The translations under genes were made by a program, and so were the position numbers. From the NCBI GenBank assembly GCA_963921275.4, contig OZ001293.3, positions 704,001 through 768,000 of the forward strand: a stretch of 64,000 bases of DNA. Reading direction: 5' to 3'. Positions 33,650-44,932 of the stretch are shown one piece after another. A model generated the notes under the pieces. It ran no database searches, had not been told where the DNA came from, and saw nothing but the letters and a program-made list of their open reading frames with translations. Each line of letters opens with the position of its first letter. The first letter of the stretch is position 1. The DNA is from an uncultured Hormoscilla sp. Lineage in GTDB: Bacteria; Cyanobacteriota; Cyanobacteriia; Cyanobacteriales; Desertifilaceae.

Positions 33650-33909
33650 TTCCTCACTCCCTGGAGTAAGGAAGTTATTCCCTGGAGAACTCAGTCATTC
33701 CTAGGACTAACTATTTATTCCACCGAGTACGAGAATCATTCCACCGAGTACGAGAGTCATTCGGTGGCGTCACAACCTTTTGCTTTGACTGGAAACACCA
33801 TTACCAAAAGGAAGCTGAGTAACTCCAAGGCCGGAGCGGGAGCCTCCAAGGCCGGAGTAAGCACCTCTTTGACCGGAGTCAAATCGGGGGTGTGGTCTTG
33901 CGCCCGTTG
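33650..33909. repeat. Several imperfect approximately 21-bp tandem duplications ending at the GGGTGTGGTCTTGCGCCCGTTG motif
   Basis: attccaccgagtacgagaatc x2, ctccaaggccggag-type x3; motif at 33888-33909. Confidence 0.7.
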
Positions 33910-34107
33910 GTAAGAGGATCTCGGGAATGCGCTGCGCGCACGCGAGGATCTCGGGAATGCGCTGCGCGCACGCTGCGCGGACGGATCGCTCGCTACCAGT
34001 GAGAGTCGAAAATTGCTCTACTACAAATGAGCCGCACCCTCTGTCAGTTGATATCCTGGGCAAGTTGCCTTACAAAAACAATCCAAAAGGATAAAAAATA
34101 GATCGTG

Positions 34108-36357
34108 ATGCCAGACTTTATTATTATCGGGGGGCAAAGATGCGGCACGACATCGCTGTACAGCTATCTGATCGAACATCCCCTGATCGCCTCAGCAGCA
34201 GAGAAAGAGTTACATTTCTTTAACTTGAACTTTGACAAAGGAGTAGAGTGGTACTCCTCACAATTTACCCCAGCATCCCAACCACAGGTGCTGACAGGAG
34301 AAGCGAGTCCTTACTATATCTTTCATCCTCTCGTCCCCCAGCGCCTCCACCAGCTGTATCCCCAAGTAAAGCCGATCGCCTTACTCCGAGACCCCGTAGA
34401 CAGAGCGATTTCCCACTATTATCATGAAGTCAGGCTGGGGTTCGAGTCCCTGAGTCTGGAAGAGGCGATCGCCTCAGAGGCCGCCAGACTGGAAGGAGAA
34501 GCAGCCAAAATCATCGCCGATCCCAACTATCACAGCTTCAACCACCGCCATTACAGTTACCTCTCCAGAGGTATTTACATCCAACAGCTGCGCCACTGGA
34601 TGCAATACTTTCCTAGAGAACAATTCTTGATTCTCAAAAGCGAAGACTTCTACGCTAACCCAGCAGCGATCGTCAGTCAAGTTTTCCAGTTCCTGAACCT
34701 CCCCATCTATCAGCAAGGGCAATACAGCAAGTACAATAGGGGAGATTATCCAGTCTCCTCCCTTGACAAGCACCTGCGCCAGATGCTAGAAAAGTATTTT
34801 CAACCCTACAACCAGCAACTGGCAAGCTATCTGGGCAGAACTTTTTGGGAATATATGACAGAAGCACCGCAAATAGATTACGAAGGCGCGTGGGACACCT
34901 ACGCCCAGTCCTGGCAGAGTACAGGACAAGCATACATCGGCGATGAGTGGAATGGCAAGAACGCCGGGGCCGCCCAGGATCTGGCAGAATATGAAGCCCT
35001 GATCGAACAGCAGGCGATCGCCTCCTACATCAACAAAGCAGATACCGTGTTAGAAATAGGGGTTGGCGGCGGAAAGACAGCAGCATTATTACTAAAGCAC
35101 TGTCAACAGCTAGTATGTGCCGATATCTCCAGCCAAATGTTGCAAGCAACCAGAAAAAGGCTAGGGGACGAAAACATATCATATATCAAGCTAGACGGAT
35201 TAAGCTTAAATAATATTGCCGCAGGAACTATCGATGTCTGCTTTTGCTATGACACGATGGTGCATATGGAACCCCGAGACATCTACAACTACTTAACCCA
35301 GATCCCCAGACTAATGCGGGGAAAGCGCCTGTGTCTATTTCACCACAGCAACATCCTCACTCCCCTGGGGTGGCAGAAATTCCTCAACGACTACCCCCAC
35401 AACCTATTAGGGCGTCGGAACGGCACCGCCTTTTCCGTCATGACAGATGCGATCGTGGAAAAATTTCTCACCCACCTAAATTATGAAATTATCCATAAAG
35501 AAACCGAACTCGTCCCCCGCGATTGTATCTGGATTTGCCGGGCACCTATAGTATCAGCACCACAGCAGGTCTTACTCGAGTTGGTTCAGTCAACTGCGAT
35601 CGATCTCGAACCCATAGCATCAGCACCAAAGCAGGTCTTACCCGAGTTGGCGAGCAATAATTTAATTCGAGAAATTTCCCCGAACGACGCCATGTATGCT
35701 AGCAACGACAGGCATTACTTTAGCGTCGGTCAGTCAGCCTTAAAAGCGATCGAACTAGCGCTCAAGGCAGCAGAGAAAGAAGAAGTAAATGAGATTCTCG
35801 ACTTACCCTGCGGACATGGTCGAGTGCTGCGAACGCTCAAAAGTGCTTTCCCCAAAGCTCAGCTCACTGCCTGCGATCTAGACAAAGACGGCGTAGATTT
35901 CTGTGCCAGAGTATTCGACGCAACAGCAGTTTACTCAAAGCAGCAGCCAGAGCAAATCAAAATTGACAGCAATTTCGATTTGATTTGGAGTGGATCTTTG
36001 CTGACTCATTTGAATGCTCCAAGATGGATAGGCTTTCTGAAATTGTTTAATGCTCTGCTGAACCCAGGCGGCGTCTTAGTTTTTACCACCCAAGGACGCA
36101 GTCCTATCCAATTGATTAGGGAAAATCAATATACTTATGGACTGGAACCCAATCAGTTGCCACGGCTGTTAAATGACTACGATCGCAAAGGTTTCGGTTA
36201 TCTAGATTATTCCGATAGTAATGATTACGGAATTTCCCTAGCATCACCAGCTTGGGTCTGTTCGCAGTTAGAGCATCTGCCTTCTCTGCGACTACTGCTA
36301 TATAATGAAATGGCATGGGACAATCACCAAGATGTTGTCGCTTGCGTTCGAGTTTGA
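34108..36357 (+). CDS. Sulfotransferase fused to two SAM methyltransferase domains
   Basis: PDFIIIGGQRCGTTSL and LLRDPVDRAISHY; VLEIGVGGG; ILDLPCGHGR. Confidence 0.88.
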   Translation: MPDFIIIGGQRCGTTSLYSYLIEHPLIASAAEKELHFFNLNFDKGVEWYSSQFTPASQPQVLTGEASPYYIFHPLVPQRLHQLYPQVKPIALLRDPVDRAISHYYHEVRLGFESLSLEEAIASEAARLEGEAAKIIADPNYHSFNHRHYSYLSRGIYIQQLRHWMQYFPREQFLILKSEDFYANPAAIVSQVFQFLNLPIYQQGQYSKYNRGDYPVSSLDKHLRQMLEKYFQPYNQQLASYLGRTFWEYMTEAPQIDYEGAWDTYAQSWQSTGQAYIGDEWNGKNAGAAQDLAEYEALIEQQAIASYINKADTVLEIGVGGGKTAALLLKHCQQLVCADISSQMLQATRKRLGDENISYIKLDGLSLNNIAAGTIDVCFCYDTMVHMEPRDIYNYLTQIPRLMRGKRLCLFHHSNILTPLGWQKFLNDYPHNLLGRRNGTAFSVMTDAIVEKFLTHLNYEIIHKETELVPRDCIWICRAPIVSAPQQVLLELVQSTAIDLEPIASAPKQVLPELASNNLIREISPNDAMYASNDRHYFSVGQSALKAIELALKAAEKEEVNEILDLPCGHGRVLRTLKSAFPKAQLTACDLDKDGVDFCARVFDATAVYSKQQPEQIKIDSNFDLIWSGSLLTHLNAPRWIGFLKLFNALLNPGGVLVFTTQGRSPIQLIRENQYTYGLEPNQLPRLLNDYDRKGFGYLDYSDSNDYGISLASPAWVCSQLEHLPSLRLLLYNEMAWDNHQDVVACVRV

Positions 36358-36375
36358 CTCAGTCAAAAAATAATG

Positions 36376-36600
36376 CTAACCCACTCCCAGCTGTTTTTTC
36401 GATTCCTCCAACCTTTGCCATAGGGATTCAATGTCAGAGGATGCCTGCTCTAATGTAATCTTACCGCTGGTAGCCAAACCACTGATGTAACTCACCCGCT
36501 GAGCAAATTCCTGTAAATTTGCATTAAACACCAAATTCTCTGGTTTTACTTCACCATAGTAGCGGCTTTTGGGATACAAGATGCTAGAAATATTTGACAT
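36376..36600 (-). CDS. Small conserved cyanobacterial hypothetical protein
   Basis: YPKSRYYG..PENLVFNANLQEFAQRV motif; AAGGA RBS. Confidence 0.75.
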   Translation of the reverse strand: MSNISSILYPKSRYYGEVKPENLVFNANLQEFAQRVSYISGLATSGKITLEQASSDIESLWQRLEESKKQLGVG

Positions 36601-37111
36601 TTTTATAATTCCTTATTATCTCTATCCTTTACCTCTATTGATATTGTTAACCACGATCCCCAGTATCTTCGTGATAGTAGTCGCCCAAGTCATGTGATAT
36701 TTTGCTGCCGATTGCGTGATGGCAATAGGGTATACCATATAATCTCCAACACTGAGTGATAGCAGTCATAAATGCCTGTGCGGTGTCTGACCCATGCCGC
36801 ATCCTTCAGGACAAGAGCATGGGTCAGACGCCGAAAGCATCACACTCCATTAGTTGTTAGTTGTTCATTGAGAATTGTTCATTGAGAATACATATTAGCC
36901 ATTAGCATCATTTTTACCATGTCATGTATTACAAAGTCCATTATTCATCAGTAACCTAGAAACTTGGTTTCTCTTATACGCAGTGCGCGACGCAGTCGCG
37001 CTATAAACCTGGTTTCTTAATTCAAAAGTGAGTGCTTCCGTTGTAACTGACTTGACAGGATAACCACTTCAAGTTATTATCTAATGCTCAATGCCGTACA
37101 GGAGTAAAGAA

Positions 37112-37759
37112 ATGAAGCCAAATGCTATGATTCTATTGATGACAGGGCTGAGTCTAGCAGTAATGCTGGCCATACCGTCGCAACTAAAGAATACCAAGGC
37201 AGTTGCCGCTAACCCAGTAGAAAATAATATTTGGCAAAAGGGATCCTTTCCAGTAGAAAATTTTCAGAACTATAGTTCCGGTTTTGGCTACCGCGAATAT
37301 CCATATCAGGGCTTTCATTATGGCTTAGACCTGGCAGCGCCGCAAGGTAGCTACATTCGCAGTTGGTGGAGTGGCAAAATAGTCGAAGTTTGGTCAGATA
37401 GCAAATGTGGCACCGGAATTATGATTCAATCAGGCAATTGGAAACATATCTATTGTCACCTCAAAGGTGATGTATTATCGGCAGATGGTCGCCCCTATTT
37501 GATCGATCGAGATGGCGGTATCCAACTTTGGCAGGGTCAACAAGTGTTAACTGGCCAGAGAATTGCTCGTGTAGGCATGAGCGGTCGCACTAATGGCCCC
37601 CACTTGCATTGGGGACTGAAGCATGCTAACCAATGGGTAGATCCAGCCCTAGTACTGAAAGCTATGTACAACTCTGGGCGGCAAAACCCCCATTGGCAGC
37701 GTGCCGCGCAGCGTGGCGCAGCCATAGCCGTGCGCGCAGCGTGGCGCAGCCATAGATAA
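37112..37759 (+). CDS. M23 metallopeptidase
   Basis: FHYGLDLAAP, YCHL and GPHLHW motifs; signal peptide; C-terminus extended by short repeats. Confidence 0.9.
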   Translation: MKPNAMILLMTGLSLAVMLAIPSQLKNTKAVAANPVENNIWQKGSFPVENFQNYSSGFGYREYPYQGFHYGLDLAAPQGSYIRSWWSGKIVEVWSDSKCGTGIMIQSGNWKHIYCHLKGDVLSADGRPYLIDRDGGIQLWQGQQVLTGQRIARVGMSGRTNGPHLHWGLKHANQWVDPALVLKAMYNSGRQNPHWQRAAQRGAAIAVRAAWRSHR

Positions 37760-37765
37760 TTGCTA

Positions 37766-39640
37766 TTAAAGACTTTTTACCAGTTTTTGTCCAGGCACTT
37801 GAGTATATTCAGCAACTATCTTGCGAAACTCGTCGCCCTCGATCGTTTCTCGTTCCAGCAGCAGATCCACGAGGCGATCCATGAGTGGTCGATGTTCGCG
37901 GAGGATGCAGCGAGCTTTTTCATAGCAGGCCATGGCAATATCCCGGATCTGGCGATCGATCTGAGTTGCCACAGCCTCAGAATACTCAGATCGAAGCATC
38001 AAATCGCGACCCAAAAACACCTCGTTACCGGGATTTTCCAAAGCCAATTGTCCCAGATCGGACATGCCATAGAGAGTTACCATCCTCCTGGCCAAGTTAG
38101 TGACCTTTTTGAGATCGTTACTAGCGCCATCAGTTATCTCATCGGAGCCAAACACCTCTACCTCTGCTGCCCTTCCCCCCAGACTGACGGTAATCTGGTC
38201 CAGGATCCAAGCCCGACTGTAGAGACCTTCGAGATCTTCATCGGGCACCCAACTAGAAAAACCGCCAAGCTCCCCCGATCGGGGCAGAATTGTAGTTTTA
38301 TCTAAGGGGTCAGCATTTTTCAGCTGGGTTCTCACCAAGCTGTGACCCACCTCCTGGTAGGCAATTAACCGCTTCTTCTTGCTATCTAGCAGGGGATTTA
38401 AGGTCAAGCCAATCGTCACCCGATCGATCGCATCGCTAACTTCTAAAGGTGTAATCGCCTCTTTGCGGCGACGGGCTGTCAAGATTGCAGCTTCATTGAG
38501 AACATTAGCTAAATCCGCCCCAGAAAAACCAGGAGTACGTCGGGCGATCGCCTCCAGATCCACGGACCGATCCAACTTCTTATTGCGGGCATGGACCTGC
38601 AAAATGCCCAAACGCCCCTTATAAGTCGGCAGATCGACGCTCACCTGACGGTCAAACCGACCCGGTCGCAGCAGGGCCGTATCCAAAACATCAGGGCGAT
38701 TAGTTGCGGCAATAATAATGATCCCATTGTTAGTTTCAAATCCATCCATTTCCGTGAGCAACTGATTGAGAGTTTGCTCCCGTTCGTCATTCCCGCCGCC
38801 AAGGCCCGTGCCCCGTTGGCGTCCCACCGCATCGATTTCATCAATAAACACCAAACAGGGAGCATTTTCCTTCGCCTTTCTGAACAAATCCCGCACCCGG
38901 GACGCCCCGACCCCAACGAACATCTCCACAAATTCCGAACCCGAGATGCTGAAAAATGGCACCCCCGCTTCCCCCGCGATCGCCTTGGCCATCAGAGTTT
39001 TGCCCGTGCCCGGGGCTCCGATTAACAGCACCCCTCTGGGAATCTTTGCCCCCAGGGCTGTGAACTGTTCGGGTGTTTTCAGGAAAGTAACCACTTCTTG
39101 CAGTTCTTCCTTAGCTTCTTCTATCCCCGCCACATCATCGAAATTTACTCCTGTTTTCGCTTCCATTTGAAAGCGCGCTCGCGACTTGCCAAAATTCATT
39201 GCTTGACCCGTCGCCTGAGAGGAACGACGCAAAATCATCATCAATCCCGTAATCAACAGCAGAATCAACAGCAAATTTGTTAATATCCCTAGAATCGCAC
39301 TGCTTCTAGCAGTCCGCTGCTCTCCAAATTCTACCTGATTGGCTTTCAGAGCCTCCAGCAGCTGGGGATTGCGATCGAATATTCTTACCTCGATTGTTTC
39401 CTTTTCGGAATCTAACTTAACTCGGGCAAGATTTTGCTCCGAGTCAATCTCAACGGCGCTCACTTCCCCGGCCTCAATTTTCTCTAACAGTTGGCTGTAA
39501 CTCAGTCGGGGGCGATTTTTCTGTGCCAGAGCTGGCGTTTTCCCCAGTCCAGATGATAACATCATCATCCCACTGAGGGTCAAGGCACTGCCTACTGCAG
39601 CAACATACCTCATCCATGCTTTCATCGAGTCCCTTTTCAT
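37766..39640 (-). CDS. ftsH: FtsH AAA+ protease paralog with altered zinc motif
   Basis: [30 protein letters not shown] reads QEVGH. Confidence 0.93.
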   Translation of the reverse strand: MKRDSMKAWMRYVAAVGSALTLSGMMMLSSGLGKTPALAQKNRPRLSYSQLLEKIEAGEVSAVEIDSEQNLARVKLDSEKETIEVRIFDRNPQLLEALKANQVEFGEQRTARSSAILGILTNLLLILLLITGLMMILRRSSQATGQAMNFGKSRARFQMEAKTGVNFDDVAGIEEAKEELQEVVTFLKTPEQFTALGAKIPRGVLLIGAPGTGKTLMAKAIAGEAGVPFFSISGSEFVEMFVGVGASRVRDLFRKAKENAPCLVFIDEIDAVGRQRGTGLGGGNDEREQTLNQLLTEMDGFETNNGIIIIAATNRPDVLDTALLRPGRFDRQVSVDLPTYKGRLGILQVHARNKKLDRSVDLEAIARRTPGFSGADLANVLNEAAILTARRRKEAITPLEVSDAIDRVTIGLTLNPLLDSKKKRLIAYQEVGHSLVRTQLKNADPLDKTTILPRSGELGGFSSWVPDEDLEGLYSRAWILDQITVSLGGRAAEVEVFGSDEITDGASNDLKKVTNLARRMVTLYGMSDLGQLALENPGNEVFLGRDLMLRSEYSEAVATQIDRQIRDIAMACYEKARCILREHRPLMDRLVDLLLERETIEGDEFRKIVAEYTQVPGQKLVKSL

Positions 39641-39830
39641 CTTTTCTCCTACTCAAGCCTGTTTCAGATCGCCTCCCATGGTCTTGGTTATGCATCAGCT
39701 GTTGCCGTACTTCTAGTATAGTGACTATAATAGGCGACAGCTCCCAAGCAGTCCCGTAAGGCAGGGGAACGCCAAAATGGAGTCAAGTACAGCCAGTAGT
39801 TGTTTGGGTGAAGCGTAGCGGTGGGATGGC

Positions 39831-41297
39831 ATGATTTTCTGGTTAATATTTTTGGGACTGATTACTTACTTCATTGTTAAGCGTAGCGTTGCCGGCAGCA
39901 CCCGGACGCCAGTATGGCTCTTGTGGCTAGTGCTCATGACACCGGCGCTGATTTGGACGGGGTGGACTTCGATCTATGGCCAGAATACGCCGCCGCCACG
40001 GGAGCTGATTTGGGGACCGTTTCTGATTTCTCCATTGCTGTACTGGTTGCTATTTCGGCTGGGACGCTGTCCGATGTCACGGCATCAGGCCGGACAGCAG
40101 CAAGATAAAAGTCGTACATCTGTCAAGCAGCAACCCACCCTGAAATTAGATCCCAAGGTCCAAAGCAAACTCAAGGACTGTTTTCCCTGGTCAGTCTACT
40201 ACCTGACAGAGATTGAGTATAGACCTCAAGTGGTAGTCTGTCGGGGGCGACTGCGCACTACACCTCCGGTAGCCTATCAGACGATTCGGTCCAATATTGA
40301 GGATCAATTTGGCGATCGCTTCTTGGTGCTGTTTCAAGAAGGCTGGAATAGTCAATCCCAACCCTTCTTTACCCTGTTTCCTAATCCCGATGTTAATGCC
40401 ACGGCTAAAAAGCAGACTCTCGAGCTGACGCGACCAGGTCTGGCCTTGGGACTGCTAGCTGTTACGGGTCTTACCACCACTTTCATCGGGACGATCGGGA
40501 TTGTATCGACAGAAGAACTTTTTGCCGACCCCAAACTGTTACTTTTGGGCATGCCCTATGCCTTGGCGCTGATGTTGATTCTGGGCATCCATGAATTAGG
40601 TCATTATCTGACAGCGCGGCATTATGACATCCGTACCACCCTTCCCTATTTTATCCCAGTGCCTTTTTTCCTGGGAACCTTTGGAGCCTTCATTCAAATT
40701 CGTTCGGCAATCCCTAACCGCAAAGCAGTATTTGATGTGGGCATTGCGGGACCAGTGGCAGGTCTAGTTGCTACATTACCTTTATTGCTGTGGGGATTAG
40801 CCCATTCCCAGGTAGTACCGGAAAACCCCAATGCTAACTTATTGAGCTTCACGGCCCTCGACCCCAAGAGGTCTACCTTACTCGTCCTTCTGAGTAAATT
40901 GGTCTTAGGCAGTGCTTTAAAGCCAGACAGCGCGATTCAACTCCATCCTGTGGCTGTAGCTGGTTATTTGGGGTTGGTGGTTACGGCGCTGAATTTGATG
41001 CCAGTGGGACAACTAGACGGAGGTCATGTTGTCCATGCTATATTTGGGCAACGCATCGCTGTACTCATTGGTCACGTGACTCGATTCTTAGTTCTGATTC
41101 TAGCAATGATTAAGCGGGAATTTTTCTTGTGGGCGATCGTCCTCTTGTTTATGCCAGTCTATGACGAACCAGCCTTGAATGATGTGAGTACTCTGGATAA
41201 CTGGCGCGACTTGGCTGGCTTGTTAGTAATAAGTTTATTATTGATGATTATTTTGCCGGCACCTAGGGCAATTACCCAGTTGTTATTAGGAGGTTGA
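39831..41297 (+). CDS. Site-2 protease (M50 family)
   Basis: HELGH and NLMPVGQLDGG motifs. Confidence 0.9.
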   Translation: MIFWLIFLGLITYFIVKRSVAGSTRTPVWLLWLVLMTPALIWTGWTSIYGQNTPPPRELIWGPFLISPLLYWLLFRLGRCPMSRHQAGQQQDKSRTSVKQQPTLKLDPKVQSKLKDCFPWSVYYLTEIEYRPQVVVCRGRLRTTPPVAYQTIRSNIEDQFGDRFLVLFQEGWNSQSQPFFTLFPNPDVNATAKKQTLELTRPGLALGLLAVTGLTTTFIGTIGIVSTEELFADPKLLLLGMPYALALMLILGIHELGHYLTARHYDIRTTLPYFIPVPFFLGTFGAFIQIRSAIPNRKAVFDVGIAGPVAGLVATLPLLLWGLAHSQVVPENPNANLLSFTALDPKRSTLLVLLSKLVLGSALKPDSAIQLHPVAVAGYLGLVVTALNLMPVGQLDGGHVVHAIFGQRIAVLIGHVTRFLVLILAMIKREFFLWAIVLLFMPVYDEPALNDVSTLDNWRDLAGLLVISLLLMIILPAPRAITQLLLGG

Positions 41298-41436
41298 TAG
41301 TTGCTAGTTGACGATCGCTTTATAAGCGAATTAAGAAACCAGGTTTCTTGAAGAAACTTGGTTTCTGGGTTACTGATTAATATAGAGTTATCGGCAAAAT
41401 TGAGATGCGACGAGCGCTGTATAATCAACAAGGAAA

Positions 41437-41919
41437 ATGAATAATGAACAAATAAAAATACTCCAACAGCAATTAATCCAAGCAGAACAGGAACGAGATC
41501 GGGCCTATGCCAGTGAGGCCAACTGGCATAAACTCTACGAAACGGAAGCACAGCAGCGTCGGACAGAGGCAGAGTTAGCGCAGCAAACTATTGCGGAACT
41601 CAAGGCGAAAATTCAGGAACTGCAAGCAGATCCTCCAGATTATTCCGGAACAGTAGGAGAATCTATTTCTGATGAAGCGATCGCTTCACTGGTGGAAGAG
41701 TTACAAATACCAGCAGAGTTGAAGCAGAAATTGCTCTTAGCCCTTAGGGAGCGCGATCGCCTGGCCCTGGCACTGCAAGCAGAAAAAGAGCAACATGCCC
41801 ATACTAAACAAAGTTTAACATCGACTCTGGTAGACGCGATCGAGCAGCTGAATAAAAACCGAGTTCAAAAGGAAGCATCTTCTGATCGCGCAGCGTGGCG
41901 CAGCCATGCGAACAGTTGA
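41437..41919 (+). CDS. Coiled-coil hypothetical protein
   Basis: 160 aa ORF with AAGGA RBS; WHKLYETEAQQRR. Confidence 0.7.
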   Translation: MNNEQIKILQQQLIQAEQERDRAYASEANWHKLYETEAQQRRTEAELAQQTIAELKAKIQELQADPPDYSGTVGESISDEAIASLVEELQIPAELKQKLLLALRERDRLALALQAEKEQHAHTKQSLTSTLVDAIEQLNKNRVQKEASSDRAAWRSHANS

Positions 41920-42152
41920 CAGTTGATAGTTGTCAGTTGTCAGCGCACAATTACGGGTTCGGTTCAGTTGTTAATAATTGATTGTTAACGATTATTGTAT
42001 TTATAAATAATCACGATTCAATTTTCGGCTACCAACGTAACGCGGGACAAATTCGCCCTAGGGAGCGGCCTCTATCTCTGTGGGCTGGAAGCCTTGCACC
42101 GTGGGCTGTCCCGGCTTAAGTTGGTAGCCTTAATACGGGAGAGCGGAACACG

Positions 42153-42431
42153 GTGATTACCAAAGGCGGTATGGCCCAGGTTACGGGCCATCGGTTGAAG
42201 TTCGATTTTTCGCGCAGCGTTCCCACGGATGCACTGCAAGGCATTTATCTGATCGACGAACAAAATAACCCCATTGCCATAATCATAATTGGGGAAAACA
42301 AACCTTCTCGCCTGATGTTCATGATGCCACCAGATCTCACTAGTGGAGAGTATACCCTGGAGGTGCGAACCAAAATAAACTCAGATCGACTGCGTAGCGG
42401 TCGCTTGGAGAAACAGTTGACAGTGGCTTGA
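42153..42431 (+). pseudogene. 3' fragment of an Ig-like (DUF4469-like) protein
   Basis: G.RLKFD...QGIYL...NKPSRL.F..P.L.SGEY.LEVRT pattern; no N-terminus. Confidence 0.5.
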
Positions 42432-42526
42432 TGGAAGCATATCCCGATCGGGGCCAAGCTGGTGTTGCTCAACGGGCCAATAAGGCAAAGGGTTTCCCGA
42501 AATGCAGCCGGAGGTTTTACGACTTG

Positions 42527-42700
42527 CAGCACTAGGGTTTGCGGAATAACAGCACTAGGGTTTGCGGAATAACAGCACTATGTTTTTTGGAATGACAGCA
42601 CTATGTTATGAGGAATAACAGCACTATGTTATTTTGAATGACAGCACTATGTTATGAGGAATAACAGCACTATGTTATGGGTGTGGTCTTGCGCCCGTTG
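42527..42700. repeat. 23-bp tandem array (7 unit starts) followed by the GGGTGTGGTCTTGCGCCCGTTG motif
   Basis: cagcacta starts at 42527, 42550, 42573, 42596, 42619, 42642 and 42665; motif at 42679-42700. Confidence 0.9.
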
Positions 42701-42901
42701 TTACTCGGCCTCGCCGCCCGAACCCGTGCATGGTCCGGCTACTCGAACTAAGCCCGCCTGCGCGGGCTATATTACATGCATCATTGATGCACCTGGCTAT
42801 CAACTACAAGTGATCGCACCCCGTTCCCACGGTTTGGCATCAGGCATACAACGAACGATCGCTAACCACTGACAGGCAAAGGAGCGGTCCTACGGCACTG
42901 A

Positions 42902-44014
42902 CTAAAACCCCATTGCTTGAGCTACTGAGCCGATATCTGGTTCAATTCCCCGCTGCAAGGGATTGTTGCTATGTTTAATGGCGATATCCGGGTCTTTCAA
43001 ACCGTTACCAGTCAGGACGCAAACTACTGTCGCCCCCGCTGGCACTTGCTCTTTGATCTTCAGCAAACCCGCCACAGATGCAGCAGATGCAGGTTCGCAG
43101 AAAATCCCTTCGCCACTGGCTAGCAACCGGTAGGCATCCAGAATTTCTTCGTCTGTGACAGCTGCAAATTGTCCTTGACTCGCTTCTTGGGCCGCGATCG
43201 CCTTTGACCAACTAGCGGGATTGCCGATGCGAATGGCGGTTGCTAATGTTTCTGGATCTGTTATTGGCTTTCCGGCGATAATCGGGGCGGCACCGGCGGC
43301 TTCAAATCCCATCATTCGGGGCAGGCGATCGCATTTTCCATCCTGATGATACTGACAAAATCCCATCCAGTAAGCAGTGATGTTGCCAGCATTGCCCACG
43401 GGGATGCACAACCAGTCGGGGGCATCTCCCAAATCATCTACTACCTCAAATGCACCGGTCTTCTGACCTTCTAAACGATAGGGATTGATTGAGTTTACCA
43501 GGGTGACGGGATAATCCGCCGCCATCTGCCGGACAATTTCCAGGGCTCGGTCAAAATTTCCCTTGATTGCCAGCACCTCCGCGCCGTAAACTAAAGCTTG
43601 AGCCAATTTTCCCAGGGCGATATAGCCATCTGGAACGATCACAAATGCTTTAAGTCCACCCCGCCGGGCATAGGCTGCTGCTGAGGCTGATGTATTGCCG
43701 GTGCTAGCACAAATTACTGCCTGGGCACCTTCTTCCTTGGCCTTGGAAACCGCCATCGTCATCCCCCGATCCTTGAAGCTGCCCGTGGGGTTCAGACCGT
43801 CAAATTTGACATATACTTGTACCTGTCTGCCGATCTGCCCCGTGATCGCCGGAGCCGGAATTAGGGGAGTGTTCCCCTCCAGTAAAGTGACAACTGGGGT
43901 AGTTTCAGTTACCGGCAGATAATTGCGGTAGGTTTCAATGAGACCGCGCCAGATGGGGCGTGTTGGGGTAGCCTTAAGGGAGTGGGAGTTTTCGGCTGAC
44001 AGAGTAAGAGTCAC
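42902..44014 (-). CDS. thrC: Threonine synthase
   Basis: [13 protein letters not shown] motif, [15 protein letters not shown]; start placed at GTG 44014. Confidence 0.95.
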   Translation of the reverse strand: MTLTLSAENSHSLKATPTRPIWRGLIETYRNYLPVTETTPVVTLLEGNTPLIPAPAITGQIGRQVQVYVKFDGLNPTGSFKDRGMTMAVSKAKEEGAQAVICASTGNTSASAAAYARRGGLKAFVIVPDGYIALGKLAQALVYGAEVLAIKGNFDRALEIVRQMAADYPVTLVNSINPYRLEGQKTGAFEVVDDLGDAPDWLCIPVGNAGNITAYWMGFCQYHQDGKCDRLPRMMGFEAAGAAPIIAGKPITDPETLATAIRIGNPASWSKAIAAQEASQGQFAAVTDEEILDAYRLLASGEGIFCEPASAASVAGLLKIKEQVPAGATVVCVLTGNGLKDPDIAIKHSNNPLQRGIEPDIGSVAQAMGF

Positions 44015-44428
44015 TTTCGCTTGGTGGTTTGATTTCAATCTATTTGGTGCTTCTGTCCAGTTTAACCCGATTTTTCGCGCAGCGTTAGCCTGACCATAAT
44101 TCCGGGAAATCACCGATCTTTTTGGGGATCGCTAGATTACCGACTGTTGCCGACCGGCGTAGCATGGGAGCAATGCGGTGCAGGTACAACGGCAACTAGC
44201 TGCTTGTACCCAAACCCAGACAAAAAAGCAGTTTTTTGGGGAAAACCGGTCTAAGCAGTCTATACTCGGAATTGCTGAATTTTTGCCCGATCGCCCTCAA
44301 AACCCATACTCAGAGCAGATTATAACCTATGTGAAAAGATAATTTGTGCAATTGACACTAGAGCAGTATAATGATCGGGAACGATGGGGCGAGTTACCGG
44401 GCAAGTTACCAGACAAAAAACGAACAAA

Positions 44429-44932
44429 ATGAGTTTGACAGACCAAGTGATCCCAAATCCCAATACAATAGAACAATCATGGGTGTCTGTTCAGTTTCCT
44501 TTGACTACGGTAGGGGCACCGGTTGTTAATGGCGCTGGACGAGTTCTGATTGTTAAAACTACCAAGTGGCGGGGCACCTGGGGCGTACCGGGTGGTAAAG
44601 TAGAATGGGGCGAAACCCTAGAAGCGGCACTAGCCAGAGAATTTAGAGAAGAAGTCGGTCTAGAATTGACCCAGGTGCGCTTCGCATTATTACAAGAGGC
44701 TGTGCGAGACCCGCAATTTGTCCGGGATGCCCATTTCATCATGATCAACTACTATGCCTTCTCCGCGAGTGAAACCATTAGGCCCAACGAATAAATTGTC
44801 GAATGGGCCTGGGTGACTCCCCAACAGGCAATGTCTTATCCTCTCAATAGTTATACCCGCGTGTTGATTGCCGACTATATGGAAAAGATGATTGATAATT
44901 ATGAGGGCCAGGAGGAGAGAAGATCATGTTGA
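44429..44932 (+). pseudogene. NUDIX hydrolase with internal TAA
   Basis: PGGKVEWGETLEAALAREFREEVGL Nudix box; IRPNE*IVEWAWV continues in frame to overlap the next start. Confidence 0.8.

Noticed and set aside
37760..39283. Plus-strand ORFs opposite ftsH (and similar ORFs opposite ndhD, ndhF, wzt and the RT)
   Set aside because: Antisense shadow frames of well-supported genes.
42527..42680. CRISPR or TIGR-like array
   Set aside because: The 23-bp units are head-to-tail degenerate copies without unique spacers, and no cas or tas gene is nearby.
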